Positions 1 through 9,321 of a stretch of DNA of 64,000 nt are shown here, in pieces. A model generated the notes under the pieces. That model saw only the letters and a program-made list of their open reading frames with translations. It was not told where the DNA came from and made no database searches. The stretch's first letter is position 1, and every line of letters begins with the position of its first letter. The translations under genes and the position numbers were made by a program. The DNA comes from an uncultured Bacteroidota bacterium (GTDB lineage: Bacteria > Bacteroidota > Bacteroidia > Chitinophagales > LD1): contig CAISWS010000147.1 in the NCBI GenBank assembly GCA_903889265.1, positions 5,990 through 69,989 on the forward strand, read 5' to 3'.

Positions 1-214
1 GGTTGGTAGTTGCGCTTTGCGTTTCCATAAAAACAATGGGACCGGAGGCAATACTGTCGTGAATATTAAATTTCAAACTTACCGGTGAAGAAATTACCGG
101 GCTGCCTGCGCTGTTACGCACCACGGCCTGATAGTTTAATTTTTGTGGGGCCTGGCTGAACATTGTAACGCTTGCAAGGAGTATTGCTGATAATATGTAG
201 ATTTTTTGCTTCAC
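1..214 (-). CDS. N-terminal fragment of a secreted protein (gene runs off the window start)
   Basis: Minus-strand ORF open to position 1. GTG at 212-214 is followed by a signal-peptide-like KQKIYILSAILLASVTMFSQA, then PQKLNYQAVVRNSAGSPV... It is not in the supplied track because no stop lies in the window. Confidence 0.45.
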   Translation of the reverse strand, partial: MKQKIYILSAILLASVTMFSQAPQKLNYQAVVRNSAGSPVISSPVSLKFNIHDSIASGPIVFMETQSATTN

Positions 215-375
215 GTGCTTAAATTTTAAGTTTTATTCCTAGCTAAAATGTGGTACCGGAGCCATTAACACCATGCTCATGTAAACTTAATAAAATCCAA
301 AATTAAACGGCAGAAAAAGGTTAAGACCGCTTATTGGTTTTTATTGCTTAAAATTAACGTACAATCAGAAACCAC

Positions 376-1518
376 ATGCTGGCATACATTGAAGACATTA
401 TAACAAGGTTTGGGGGCCGTTATTTTGGCAGCGGCCAGGAAAAGGCTGCGCAGCTTTATACAGCAGAAATTTTACGAAAATACTGCGATAAAGTGGATGT
501 GGAGGAGTTTCAATCGGCCCTTGAAGCTCACTTTCAATCTTTAAAGGTTTTTTGCGTAGTGTATCTGCTCGTTATCGTATTACTGCGGGTAGATGTTCGT
601 ATTGCCGGAGTTTTAGGCATACTTAATTCTATCCTTTACCTGGGCCATTTTGTGACTTACAGGCATTGGCTTGATTTTTTATGGCCTAAAAAGCCATCAT
701 GGAATGTTATTGGCGATATTGAGCCAACCGACACAGTTAAGTCTACCCTTATCATTGCCGGGCATATTGACAGTGTAAAGGAATTTAAATGGTGGTACCG
801 GTTTAAACACAATGGCGCTGTGCTTACGGTTATTGCGGGTTTCCTGATTCCTCTGCTAGGTATTTATGCCTTGCTGAGCATATTTATTACTGCAGCGTGG
901 TTTACGTATTTGTGGTGGTTGTTTGCTTTGATGACACCGGTTTTAATTGTTTTCTACAACATGCATGGTGAAGAAGTAGTGGATGGCGCGAGTGATAATT
1001 TAACCGGGGTTGCAATGGCTGTTGAAATGGCCAAAGTATTTTCGGATGATAAGCTGAAACATACCCGGCTGAGGCTAATCAGTTTTGGTGCCGAAGAGGC
1101 CGGCCTACGGGGCGCATGGGCTTATGCCCGCCAACATAAGGCGCAACTGATAAAAGAGAAAGCCTTTTTGTTTAACCTGGATACTATAAAAGACCTTGAA
1201 CATTTAACCATAGGCACCGGCGAGGCCAATACCCTGGTTTCTTATAAAAAGGAATACGTTGAGTTAGTCGAAGATGCTTTTAAAGTTACCGGAACCGGCT
1301 ATAAAAAATTGCCGCTGATGGTTGGCGCTTCTGATGCTTCGGCTTTTTGCATAGAGGGCTTACCGGCGATTTGTGTAATTGGCATGGAGTCGGAAAAACT
1401 GGACCCCAGTTATCATACGCGTTTAGATGTGATAGAATACGTGAGACCTGAAGCTCTGGAAGCTATGAAAAAGGTAACCATACAATTTGCAAAAACCTGG
1501 GACACAAAGGAGCACTAG
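376..1518 (+). CDS. M28-family metallopeptidase with membrane-spanning segments
   Basis: 380-aa ORF. It has hydrophobic helices in the middle and M28-like metal-ligand contexts (IIAGHIDSV, ASDNLTG, SFGAEEAGLRG, DPSYHTRLD). Confidence 0.7.
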   Translation: MLAYIEDIITRFGGRYFGSGQEKAAQLYTAEILRKYCDKVDVEEFQSALEAHFQSLKVFCVVYLLVIVLLRVDVRIAGVLGILNSILYLGHFVTYRHWLDFLWPKKPSWNVIGDIEPTDTVKSTLIIAGHIDSVKEFKWWYRFKHNGAVLTVIAGFLIPLLGIYALLSIFITAAWFTYLWWLFALMTPVLIVFYNMHGEEVVDGASDNLTGVAMAVEMAKVFSDDKLKHTRLRLISFGAEEAGLRGAWAYARQHKAQLIKEKAFLFNLDTIKDLEHLTIGTGEANTLVSYKKEYVELVEDAFKVTGTGYKKLPLMVGASDASAFCIEGLPAICVIGMESEKLDPSYHTRLDVIEYVRPEALEAMKKVTIQFAKTWDTKEH

Positions 1519-1667
1519 TTTTTATTTAAAATTACCAATGCAGCAATTACCCCGGGAACCCAGCCTGCCAGGGTTAACAGAAATACGATTAAAGTGCTGC
1601 CACAACCTTTGTCGATAACTGAAAGAGGCGGAAACAGGATTGCAAGGATTACACGGAATATGCTCAT
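1515..1667 (-). CDS. YqaE/Pmp3 (UPF0057) small membrane proteolipid, 50 aa
   Basis: Absent from the ORF track (<60 aa). ATG at 1665-1667 (minus). Translation MSIFRVILAILFPPLSVIDKGCGSTLIVFLLTLAGWVPGVIAALVILNKN fits the Pmp3/YqaE pattern (ILPPL..V......LLTLLG.IPG.I.A). Its stop codon overlaps the stop of the convergent M28 gene. Confidence 0.7.
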   Translation of the reverse strand: MSIFRVILAILFPPLSVIDKGCGSTLIVFLLTLAGWVPGVIAALVILNKN

Positions 1668-1901
1668 GATATTTTCTTTGTTGCTTAAAGATAGAAAGGA
1701 ATTTTCAATTGTCTTTTTTGAGCAAAGCTCTGACAGTTATTCAATTTTTGTAACCGAAGCGTCAGAGCCCGAAGGCAATATGGCTTTGCCCGGTACCCTG
1801 TTTGTTGCGCACTTATTTAAGCGCCCAGGATAAAACTTAATGGAGTATATGATATGGCTCAATAGTATGAATAGCTGAATTAGTTATTTTTAAGTGAGTT
1901 T

Positions 1902-2894
1902 ATGGCAGAAAAACTACGCCCCTTTTTGAAGCTTTATACCTCTGTGGCCCTATTCGCTGCAGTAATATTAAGCGGCACCACCGGATATATGGTTATAGAG
2001 CACTACACGCTACTGGAGGCAGTGTATATGACCATTATTACTTTATCGACAGTAGGTTATGGTGAAATAAGGCCTTTAAGTAATCCGGGGAGGGTATTTA
2101 CTATTATCCTGATACTGGCTAACCTGGGCACTTTTGCCTACCTGGTAAGTTCACTCTCTTCTTATTTTATGGATGGAGAATTTATAAAGACAGTAAAACT
2201 TTACAAGATGAAAAATTCAATAAAGGATTTGAGGGGCCATATTATTATTTGCGGGTTTGGCAGAAATGGCCGTGAAGCGGCCCAGGTCTTTCATAGCCGG
2301 GGCAAGGATTTTGTTATTGTTGAAAAGACCAATATACGGCTCAACGATGTTCCTTACCCGGTCCGTTTTCACGTTGAAGATGATGCCACCCGCGATGAAA
2401 CATTGATAGAAGCAGGAATTGAAAATGCCGCTGCCCTGGTAACAACGCTGCCTGATGACGCGGCTAATTTGTATGTGGTACTGACAGCAAGAGAGCTGAA
2501 CCCCAACATTAAAATCATCAGCCGGGCATCGAACGATTCGGCAATAAAGAAACTGAGGACTGCAGGTGCGGATAATGTAATAATGCCTGATAAGATAGGA
2601 GGCGCGCATATGGCTGCCCTGGTATTGAGCCCCGATGTAAAAGAACTGATTGACTTAATGGCAACCCAAAACAGTGATAGCTTTGATATTGCTGAAATAG
2701 AAAACCGGAGAACCACGACTGTTGAAGATCTGGACTGTTGGCGTAAAACCGGTGCCACTATTTTAGGCGTTAAAACAGGGGCTTCGGAATATATATTAAA
2801 TCCTACTGCTAAAACAGTTTTGAAGTCTGGTAATTACCTTATAGTAATGGGTTCAAAGGAGCAGCTGGCGGCGATCACACTTTTGGTGGATTAA
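1902..2894 (+). CDS. Two-TM potassium channel with cytoplasmic RCK (TrkA-N/TrkA-C) domain
   Basis: TVGYGE selectivity-filter signature between two hydrophobic helices. GFGRNG Rossmann motif of the RCK/TrkA-N domain, plus a C-terminal TrkA-C-like segment. Confidence 0.85.
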   Translation: MAEKLRPFLKLYTSVALFAAVILSGTTGYMVIEHYTLLEAVYMTIITLSTVGYGEIRPLSNPGRVFTIILILANLGTFAYLVSSLSSYFMDGEFIKTVKLYKMKNSIKDLRGHIIICGFGRNGREAAQVFHSRGKDFVIVEKTNIRLNDVPYPVRFHVEDDATRDETLIEAGIENAAALVTTLPDDAANLYVVLTARELNPNIKIISRASNDSAIKKLRTAGADNVIMPDKIGGAHMAALVLSPDVKELIDLMATQNSDSFDIAEIENRRTTTVEDLDCWRKTGATILGVKTGASEYILNPTAKTVLKSGNYLIVMGSKEQLAAITLLVD

Positions 2895-2958
2895 GGCTCT
2901 TCGAAGCCAAATCAGGCCTGATCACCTTTCAGGAATTCAGCAATTTGTATAAAATAAT

Positions 2959-2992
2959 AAAGCCGGGCATAAAAAATGCACCGGCTTTATTA
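2959..2992. terminator. Hairpin between convergent genes (candidate bidirectional terminator)
   Basis: aaagccgg (2959-2966) ... ccggcttt (2981-2988) with A/T runs on both sides. It lies between the K+ channel (+) and the M16 peptidase (-). Confidence 0.55.
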
Positions 2993-3008
2993 TTACAACC
3001 GTTGAAAA

Positions 3009-6000
3009 TCAATAACCGAATATCTTGTTATACTGTAACTCTTGCACAGCGCCTATTGCCTTCAGTGCATCCAGATTCAGGTCTTCTTTTTTTCCGATAA
3101 CCAGGTATGTGAATTTTTTGCCTTTTACGTGTGCATCGAAAAATTTGTGAACATCAGTAAGGGTAATGGTTTTAGCCTGTTCGTAAATGTCCTTTCTTAC
3201 ATCGTATTTTAAACCACGCTTGCGGGCGCGGTCCCATGCCCAGTAAATGTCGGCACCGGTTACCCAGTCGCTTTCTAAGTTTTTTACTACACTCTGGCGC
3301 GCGCCTTCAAATTGCTGAGGCACTTCGGGCATTGCATTCAGTAGTTTATTCATTTCGGCAAGTGCGGTGCCCATCTTATCGGCCTGTGTGCCTACATAAG
3401 AAGTAACGTAGTGCGACTCATTGGCGTATTGTGGTACCCCATAGCTACTGTAAACCGAATACGCCAGAGCCATTTTTTCGCGTATCTCCTGAAACATAAT
3501 AGATGAAAGGCCAGACCCGTAATAGTCGTTATACATAAACAGGAAAGGGTAAAGGCTTTTGTCAAACAACACATCTTTGCCCATCATAATAATTTCGGCC
3601 TGTTTCATGGGATAATAGCACACATACACCTTGGTTTCGTTCAAAGGCAATTCAGGATATTTTTTAGCAACGGGATAATCCTGAAGAGGTGCTTTTACCG
3701 GGTGTAGTTTATTAATAACCTTTAATGCTTCTTCAGAACTTTTATTGCCGAAGTAAAAAATATGGTGCTTGTAAAGCTCCAAGGACTTGATTTGGGCTAC
3801 CAGCTTATTTACATCTTCCGCTTTCAGTTCTTCTTCGCTCATTACATTGTTAAAGGGATTTACTTCGCCGTATTTGGCATAGTTGCCCATGCCGCTTGAT
3901 AGTATGGCATTCTTATTCTTTTTGGCATTAGCCCTGCTTTGAGTAATATCCTGCACCATTGAATTGTAAATCTCTTTATCAGGCTTTACATTAGCCAGGA
4001 TCTGTTCAAAAAGTTCAACTCCTTTTTCCAGGTTTTCCTCCAGACCCGACAGTGATATCGAAACCCTGTCGCGGCTGTTGCTTACACCAAAACTTAATCC
4101 CAGTTTATAGAATTCAGTTTTCAACTGGTCAACTGAATACTTATCAGTTCCCAGGTATTGAAGGTAGCTAATAGCAACACCCAGGTCGCGGATGTTATCG
4201 GTGCCCATATCAAAAATATACTGCACGGAAAAGGTTTTGTTCAGGTCGTTTTTAATATAGTCGAACGGAATATCGCCTTTAGCCAGTTTAAGGTGCGTTA
4301 TGTCTTTATCAAAATCAAGGAACTTAGGCGTAAGAGATGGCTGTGGCAATAGTTCCCACTGCTTCATAAATGCCGACGTTACATCTTTGTTCATTACCAC
4401 TGGCGTAATTTTGGGCTTTTCAACTTTATGCACTGTTGCATCGCCCTGGCGCTTGTAACAAACGGCATAGTTGTTTGCGTAGTGTTCATTCGCAAATTTT
4501 ACGATGTCGGCCTTCGTTACTTTTTCTTCTTCTTTGATTTCGTCCACCCAATCTTTCCAGGCTATATTGTGCACAAAGCTTCCCATCATATAACCGGCGC
4601 GGCTGTTATTTTTTTCAGCTGCTTTCATTCGCTCCAGTTTCAGATTTGTGATGATGGCGGGTAAGAGCCAATCGCCGAAATCTCCTTTTTTTATTTTTTC
4701 AATCTCGCCTAATAAAAGGTCCTTCACCTGTTCAAGCGATTGTCCTTGTTTGGGCTCGCCGTACAGTTCGTGAAAAGTATAGTCAGTATTATCATCCACT
4801 GATGAATACCCGCGTAATACTTTCTGCTGCTGAACCAGATCGAGGTCTATTAATCCTGCTTCGCCGTTAGATAAAATTTCATCAACCAGTTTAACCATAA
4901 AGGCATCGTGCGAATTAGCACCATCAAACAGGTAACCTATATAAACATGTTCGGGCTGCGGGCCTTTGTATTCGCGGATGATTGGTGCGGTTATGGCAGG
5001 TTCCGGCTTTTTAACGAATTCAGGAATAGGGCCGGGCTGCCAGCCTCCAAAATATTTTTCAATCAGCGCTACTGTAGCATCCGGGTCAACATCGCCTGAA
5101 AGAATGATAGCTACATTGTTAGGGCGATAATAAGTTTTGAAATAATTATAGATGTTAACCATGGAGGGGTTTTTCAAATGCTCGCCTTCGCCTATAGTAG
5201 TTTGGGTTCCGTAAGGGTGATTGGGCAGTAGGGCGTTTTCAATCGCATGGTTACTCCATACCCTGTCGTTATCCTGGTTGCGGTTAAACTCTTCGTAAAC
5301 AGTTTCAAGCTCAGTATGAAACAAGCGCAGCACGGCAGTTTGAAAACGATTGCTTTCCAGGTCTAAAAACTTTTCAAGACCGTTAGATGGGATATCGTTA
5401 ATAAAAACCGTCATATCGGTTGATGTAAACGCATTGGTGCCTTTTGCACCGAGGGAAGTCATCATTTTATCATACTCATTTGGTATAGCCAGTTTTGAAG
5501 CCTCGTAAGAGAATGAATCTATTTTGGCATATAACAGGGCCTTTTTAGCCTCATCTTTTTCGTTTTTGTGATATTCGAAATAGGCAGAAACGGAATCGAG
5601 CAATACGCTTTCCTGCGCCCAGTTTTGGGTGCCAAAATCGTGCGAGCCCTTAAACATCATATGCTCCAGGTAATGTGCTAATCCTGTGGTTTGAGGAGGA
5701 TCGAATTTAGAACCAGCCTTAACCGCAATCATGGTTTGAATACGTGGTGCAGTTTTGTTAACCGAGATATATACCTTCAATCCGTTTTTAAGTGTATATA
5801 TCTTTGCATTGTAGGGGTCATCGGCTACCGTTTCAGCTTTTGGTTTATCAACTGCAGCTGCCTGAGGCGCCGCTACAGGCCTTTGATTGCTGGCAGCCGG
5901 TGTGGTGCGGGGCTGGTTGGGAGATGCTTGCGAAGCAAGCGGAGTTTTTTGCTGGCCACTGGCGGAGAAAAATAAAAGCCCCAAAAAGGCAATGGAAAAG

Positions 6001-6014
6001 AATTTTGCTTTCAT
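3009..6014 (-). CDS. Secreted M16 (pitrilysin/insulinase) family zinc peptidase
   Basis: 1001 aa with an N-terminal signal peptide and a Pro/Ala/Gln-rich linker. HYLEHMMFKG matches the HxxEH inverted zinc motif of family M16. The length fits a tandem M16 unit. Confidence 0.85.
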   Translation of the reverse strand: MKAKFFSIAFLGLLFFSASGQQKTPLASQASPNQPRTTPAASNQRPVAAPQAAAVDKPKAETVADDPYNAKIYTLKNGLKVYISVNKTAPRIQTMIAVKAGSKFDPPQTTGLAHYLEHMMFKGSHDFGTQNWAQESVLLDSVSAYFEYHKNEKDEAKKALLYAKIDSFSYEASKLAIPNEYDKMMTSLGAKGTNAFTSTDMTVFINDIPSNGLEKFLDLESNRFQTAVLRLFHTELETVYEEFNRNQDNDRVWSNHAIENALLPNHPYGTQTTIGEGEHLKNPSMVNIYNYFKTYYRPNNVAIILSGDVDPDATVALIEKYFGGWQPGPIPEFVKKPEPAITAPIIREYKGPQPEHVYIGYLFDGANSHDAFMVKLVDEILSNGEAGLIDLDLVQQQKVLRGYSSVDDNTDYTFHELYGEPKQGQSLEQVKDLLLGEIEKIKKGDFGDWLLPAIITNLKLERMKAAEKNNSRAGYMMGSFVHNIAWKDWVDEIKEEEKVTKADIVKFANEHYANNYAVCYKRQGDATVHKVEKPKITPVVMNKDVTSAFMKQWELLPQPSLTPKFLDFDKDITHLKLAKGDIPFDYIKNDLNKTFSVQYIFDMGTDNIRDLGVAISYLQYLGTDKYSVDQLKTEFYKLGLSFGVSNSRDRVSISLSGLEENLEKGVELFEQILANVKPDKEIYNSMVQDITQSRANAKKNKNAILSSGMGNYAKYGEVNPFNNVMSEEELKAEDVNKLVAQIKSLELYKHHIFYFGNKSSEEALKVINKLHPVKAPLQDYPVAKKYPELPLNETKVYVCYYPMKQAEIIMMGKDVLFDKSLYPFLFMYNDYYGSGLSSIMFQEIREKMALAYSVYSSYGVPQYANESHYVTSYVGTQADKMGTALAEMNKLLNAMPEVPQQFEGARQSVVKNLESDWVTGADIYWAWDRARKRGLKYDVRKDIYEQAKTITLTDVHKFFDAHVKGKKFTYLVIGKKEDLNLDALKAIGAVQELQYNKIFGY

Positions 6015-6051
6015 GTAGTAAATTAATATTAATTGATAGGGTCAGTAATTG

Positions 6052-7866
6052 TTAATCGTAATCCAGCTCGAGGCCCAGCTTTTGCTGCAATAATTTAATG
6101 GCAGGCCTCTTCTGAATCATGCGTTCCAGCTTTTCTTTGGGTGTATAAGGCTTAGCTCCGCTTGAAACCTCTTTGTCGGCAATAACTTCAAACTCAAGCG
6201 TAGCGCCGGTCCTTTTCGATAAATAATTTTGCAGGCCGAGGCGTATTTCGTCTAACTGAAATTTTTGAATATCGCTTTGCACGGTTACTGAAATTTTACT
6301 TAAAGTAGCCGGATCTAAAACGGGCTGAAACGAATTGAAGGCAATTTTAAGCCCCCTCTTTTCTTCGGGTATCCTGGCGGCATAATCGCCCCAGAGTTTT
6401 GTAATGTTTTCCTGGTTGAGAATTAAAATTTCGCCCTCAAACCTTTCTTCAACCTGGTCTTCCGCACCATTCTTTTTTAAGGCTTCCTGTTCTTCCTGTA
6501 TGCTATCGGCAGTAAGTACTTTCTTTGTTTTGGTAAGTGTGGCAGGCTTGACGGTGTTTACAACTTCAGTAGTTGCAGGTTTTACCAGTTTCTGAATTGG
6601 CTTTACCGGTTCCTCCTCAACAAGGCTTGCGGTATTATTGGTTCCGTTATAGCTAACCTCCGGTTTAGCCTGAGTATGGGCTTCTGGCAGAGCATTTTCA
6701 ATCCTGGGTTGCTGCGCAATTTCACTTATCCGGTCAGAGTTGAGTTTTTTTTTACCGGCGTCCACGCCAACTAATGCATTGATGTAGCACATCTTTATCA
6801 GCGCCAGCTCAACCGTAAGCCGTTTGTTTTTTGAAACCTTGTATTGAACATCGCACTGGTTACCTATGCTAAGGCAGTTAACCAGAAAGTCGGATGAGGC
6901 CAGTGATGATTGAACAGCGTATTTCTGTTTCAGGCTTTCACTTACTTCCAGCAATTTTAAGGTGCCATCGTCCTTACAAAAAAGCAGGTTGCGGAAATGC
7001 TCGCAAAGGCCTAAAATAAAATCGTCTCCTTCAAAACCCTTCTTCAATATCTCATCAAAAAGCCTTACCGTTAATGACAGGTTTTCGCTTAACAGCGCTT
7101 CGGTTACTTTAAAGAAGTAATCATAATCCAGTACGTTCAGGTTTTCCAGTACAGAGGCATAAGTCAATTTGCCGCCGCTGAAACCCGATAGCCTGTCGAA
7201 CATAGAAAGGGCATCTCGCATTCCGCCATCGGCTTTTTGGGCAATGATATGCAGTGCATCTTCCTCTGCTTCAATTTTTTCTACCTCGCAAATGTGTTTC
7301 AGATGCTTTACAATTACATCAATACCGATTCTTTTAAAATCAAAAATCTGGCAGCGCGAAAGTATAGTAGGAAGAATCTTGTGTTTTTCAGTAGTGGCAA
7401 GAATAAACTTGCAGTACGATGGGGGTTCTTCCAACGTTTTCAGAAATGCATTAAATGCACCGGCTGAAAGCATGTGAACCTCATCTATAATATAAATTTT
7501 ATACTTGCCGCTTTGTGGCGGAAACCGGACCTGGTCTACCAGGGCGCGGATATCGTCAACCGAATTATTGGAAGCCGCATCCAGTTCATGAATGTTGAAA
7601 GAAGAATTTTGTTGAAAAGAAACACAGGAGTTGCACTGGCCGCAGGCTTCAAAATCGGCGGTGATGTTTTCGCAGTTGATGGTTTTGGCCAAAATACGGG
7701 CTGCGGTTGTTTTACCAACCCCACGTGGCCCGCAAAACAAAAACGAATGGGCAAGATGGCCTGTTCTGATGGCATTTTTAAGTGTGGTAGCTACCTGCTC
7801 CTGACCCACCATTTCGCTGAAACGGACGGGACGATATTTACGCGCACTAACTATATATTCTGCCAT
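6052..7866 (-). CDS. dnaX: DNA polymerase III subunit gamma/tau
   Basis: Walker A GPRGVGKTT, DEVHML box, SRC motif (LSRCQ), zinc module CGQCNSC, and a long low-complexity tau-specific C-terminus. Confidence 0.95.
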   Translation of the reverse strand: MAEYIVSARKYRPVRFSEMVGQEQVATTLKNAIRTGHLAHSFLFCGPRGVGKTTAARILAKTINCENITADFEACGQCNSCVSFQQNSSFNIHELDAASNNSVDDIRALVDQVRFPPQSGKYKIYIIDEVHMLSAGAFNAFLKTLEEPPSYCKFILATTEKHKILPTILSRCQIFDFKRIGIDVIVKHLKHICEVEKIEAEEDALHIIAQKADGGMRDALSMFDRLSGFSGGKLTYASVLENLNVLDYDYFFKVTEALLSENLSLTVRLFDEILKKGFEGDDFILGLCEHFRNLLFCKDDGTLKLLEVSESLKQKYAVQSSLASSDFLVNCLSIGNQCDVQYKVSKNKRLTVELALIKMCYINALVGVDAGKKKLNSDRISEIAQQPRIENALPEAHTQAKPEVSYNGTNNTASLVEEEPVKPIQKLVKPATTEVVNTVKPATLTKTKKVLTADSIQEEQEALKKNGAEDQVEERFEGEILILNQENITKLWGDYAARIPEEKRGLKIAFNSFQPVLDPATLSKISVTVQSDIQKFQLDEIRLGLQNYLSKRTGATLEFEVIADKEVSSGAKPYTPKEKLERMIQKRPAIKLLQQKLGLELDYD

Positions 7867-8041
7867 AGCTGGCGTAAAAATAAAAACCTCAGTGGTTTTT
7901 TTGTAAATGATTATTAACCTGGCTTTACAAAGGGTGCTTTGGTGTTAATAATTTGCCCTTTTTTACTGTAGGGAGTACGTTAATTAACAGCTAGCTTGTG
8001 TAATGGCAGCCGGCTGTTAATAATAATATCCCGGGATTGAT

Positions 8042-8287
8042 TTAGGCTACTGCCAATGCCTGTTCGGACGGTTCGTGTTTGAAAAACTCAAGTACGGGAA
8101 CTTCCAGAGATGCGCTAATTTTTGAAAGCGTAAGTACCGTAGGATTGGCCTGACCTGATTCAATTCTTGATAAATTGGCTTTTTCGATGCCGCATTTGGT
8201 GGCCAAGAGGGTTTGAGACATATTTTTTTCTAATCTTATCCTCTTAATCCTTTGTCCAAGGGCTTCCTGAAATTTACTATTTTCCAT
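8042..8287 (-). CDS. XRE-family helix-turn-helix transcriptional regulator
   Basis: 81 aa. HTH_3-type pattern MSQTLLATKCGIEKANLSRIESGQANPTVLTLSKI. Confidence 0.85.
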   Translation of the reverse strand: MENSKFQEALGQRIKRIRLEKNMSQTLLATKCGIEKANLSRIESGQANPTVLTLSKISASLEVPVLEFFKHEPSEQALAVA

Positions 8288-8454
8288 TGTAGTATTGTTT
8301 ATGGGTTAACAATACAATATTAGCAACTTAGCGAACCATGTTATATGACAATTGTCGTAGCCCTATATGACAACAATCATCTGATTTTGCTTTAAACATT
8401 ACCGAAAGTTTAATAAGTTCTCACGGCTCCTATCATTAAGTGAGCGTTCCTTCT

Positions 8455-8487
8455 TTAAAAGGGGAGACCTCTAAACCGATGAGGTCT
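8455..8487 (-). terminator. Candidate intrinsic terminator of the 8488-9195 gene
   Basis: agacctc (8465-8471) / gaggtct (8481-8487) hairpin immediately after the stop, followed on the minus strand by cccctttt. Confidence 0.45.
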
Positions 8488-9195
8488 TTAAAAAATATCA
8501 ATAATACCAACCTGTACTACCCAGCCGTGAGGATATAAGGAGTACAGCTTATCGGTTACGGAGTATAATGCATTGTAAGAAAACATTACAGGTATAAAAA
8601 TATTTTTGGTTTGCAACATATTATAGCCTGCACCCAGCAACATATCGGGTATTGTTTTCTGAATTTTAGGAAGGTAAATACTGGTAGTATTATTTTGCGG
8701 ATTTACATTTACCGTAGCGTCATAAACGCCATCTATGGTTCGGTGCAAAATTTCAAATTTGTTACGCACAAAAAAGCCCCGCCAGATATTATACTGAAGG
8801 AGCACCCCACCTCCGTAGGTATTTCCACTGGCATTGGTATAATGTATTGCGCCGGATGCATCAGGATAACCGATGTTGTGGTAGCCCGTGTATAGATACG
8901 TTACTCCCGCTCCTGCATATAAATTCTTCCAGACTCTGTAGCCCAGGTAAGGCGATACCCCGATATTAAAACCGCCCTGCATAAAAGAAAGGTGCAGCCC
9001 TGGTTCAATTAAATAATTTGAAAGATCGATTGTTTTCTTTTTGGTGTATTGATGAAATCCCTGTTGGCCGGGCAGGCCAATTTCGGCCTGGGGATGGCTG
9101 CTTGGTGGCGGCAATTCATCATCCTGCGCCTTTAAAATGACGGAAGAAAAGGCCAGTAAGGAAAAAAGCATCAAAATCCGTTTCATAAAGTTCAT
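8488..9195 (-). CDS. Hypothetical secreted protein, outer-membrane beta-barrel-like
   Basis: Signal peptide (MKRILMLFSLLAFSSVILKAQ). Alternating aromatic/Gly-rich strands (GAGVTYLYTGY, GGGVLLQYNIW) and a C-terminal aromatic residue (IIDIF). Confidence 0.5.
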   Translation of the reverse strand: MNFMKRILMLFSLLAFSSVILKAQDDELPPPSSHPQAEIGLPGQQGFHQYTKKKTIDLSNYLIEPGLHLSFMQGGFNIGVSPYLGYRVWKNLYAGAGVTYLYTGYHNIGYPDASGAIHYTNASGNTYGGGVLLQYNIWRGFFVRNKFEILHRTIDGVYDATVNVNPQNNTTSIYLPKIQKTIPDMLLGAGYNMLQTKNIFIPVMFSYNALYSVTDKLYSLYPHGWVVQVGIIDIF

Positions 9196-9321
9196 TTCTA
9201 CAAAATACTAACCAAACAGGATGAAGTAAGTTTAATCGCAGATACAGGTTTACGAAAATTTATGGAATTCGGTTCAAAATCAGGCCAGTTATTACCCAAA
9301 CTGTGATTTATAGCTCCTAAC

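Noticed and set aside
2217-2758. Two overlapping minus-strand ORFs (130 and 129 aa) inside the K+ channel gene.
   Set aside because: They are antisense to a gene with clear channel and RCK motifs. The translations are compositionally biased (Ser/Ile/Cys-rich) and show no family features.
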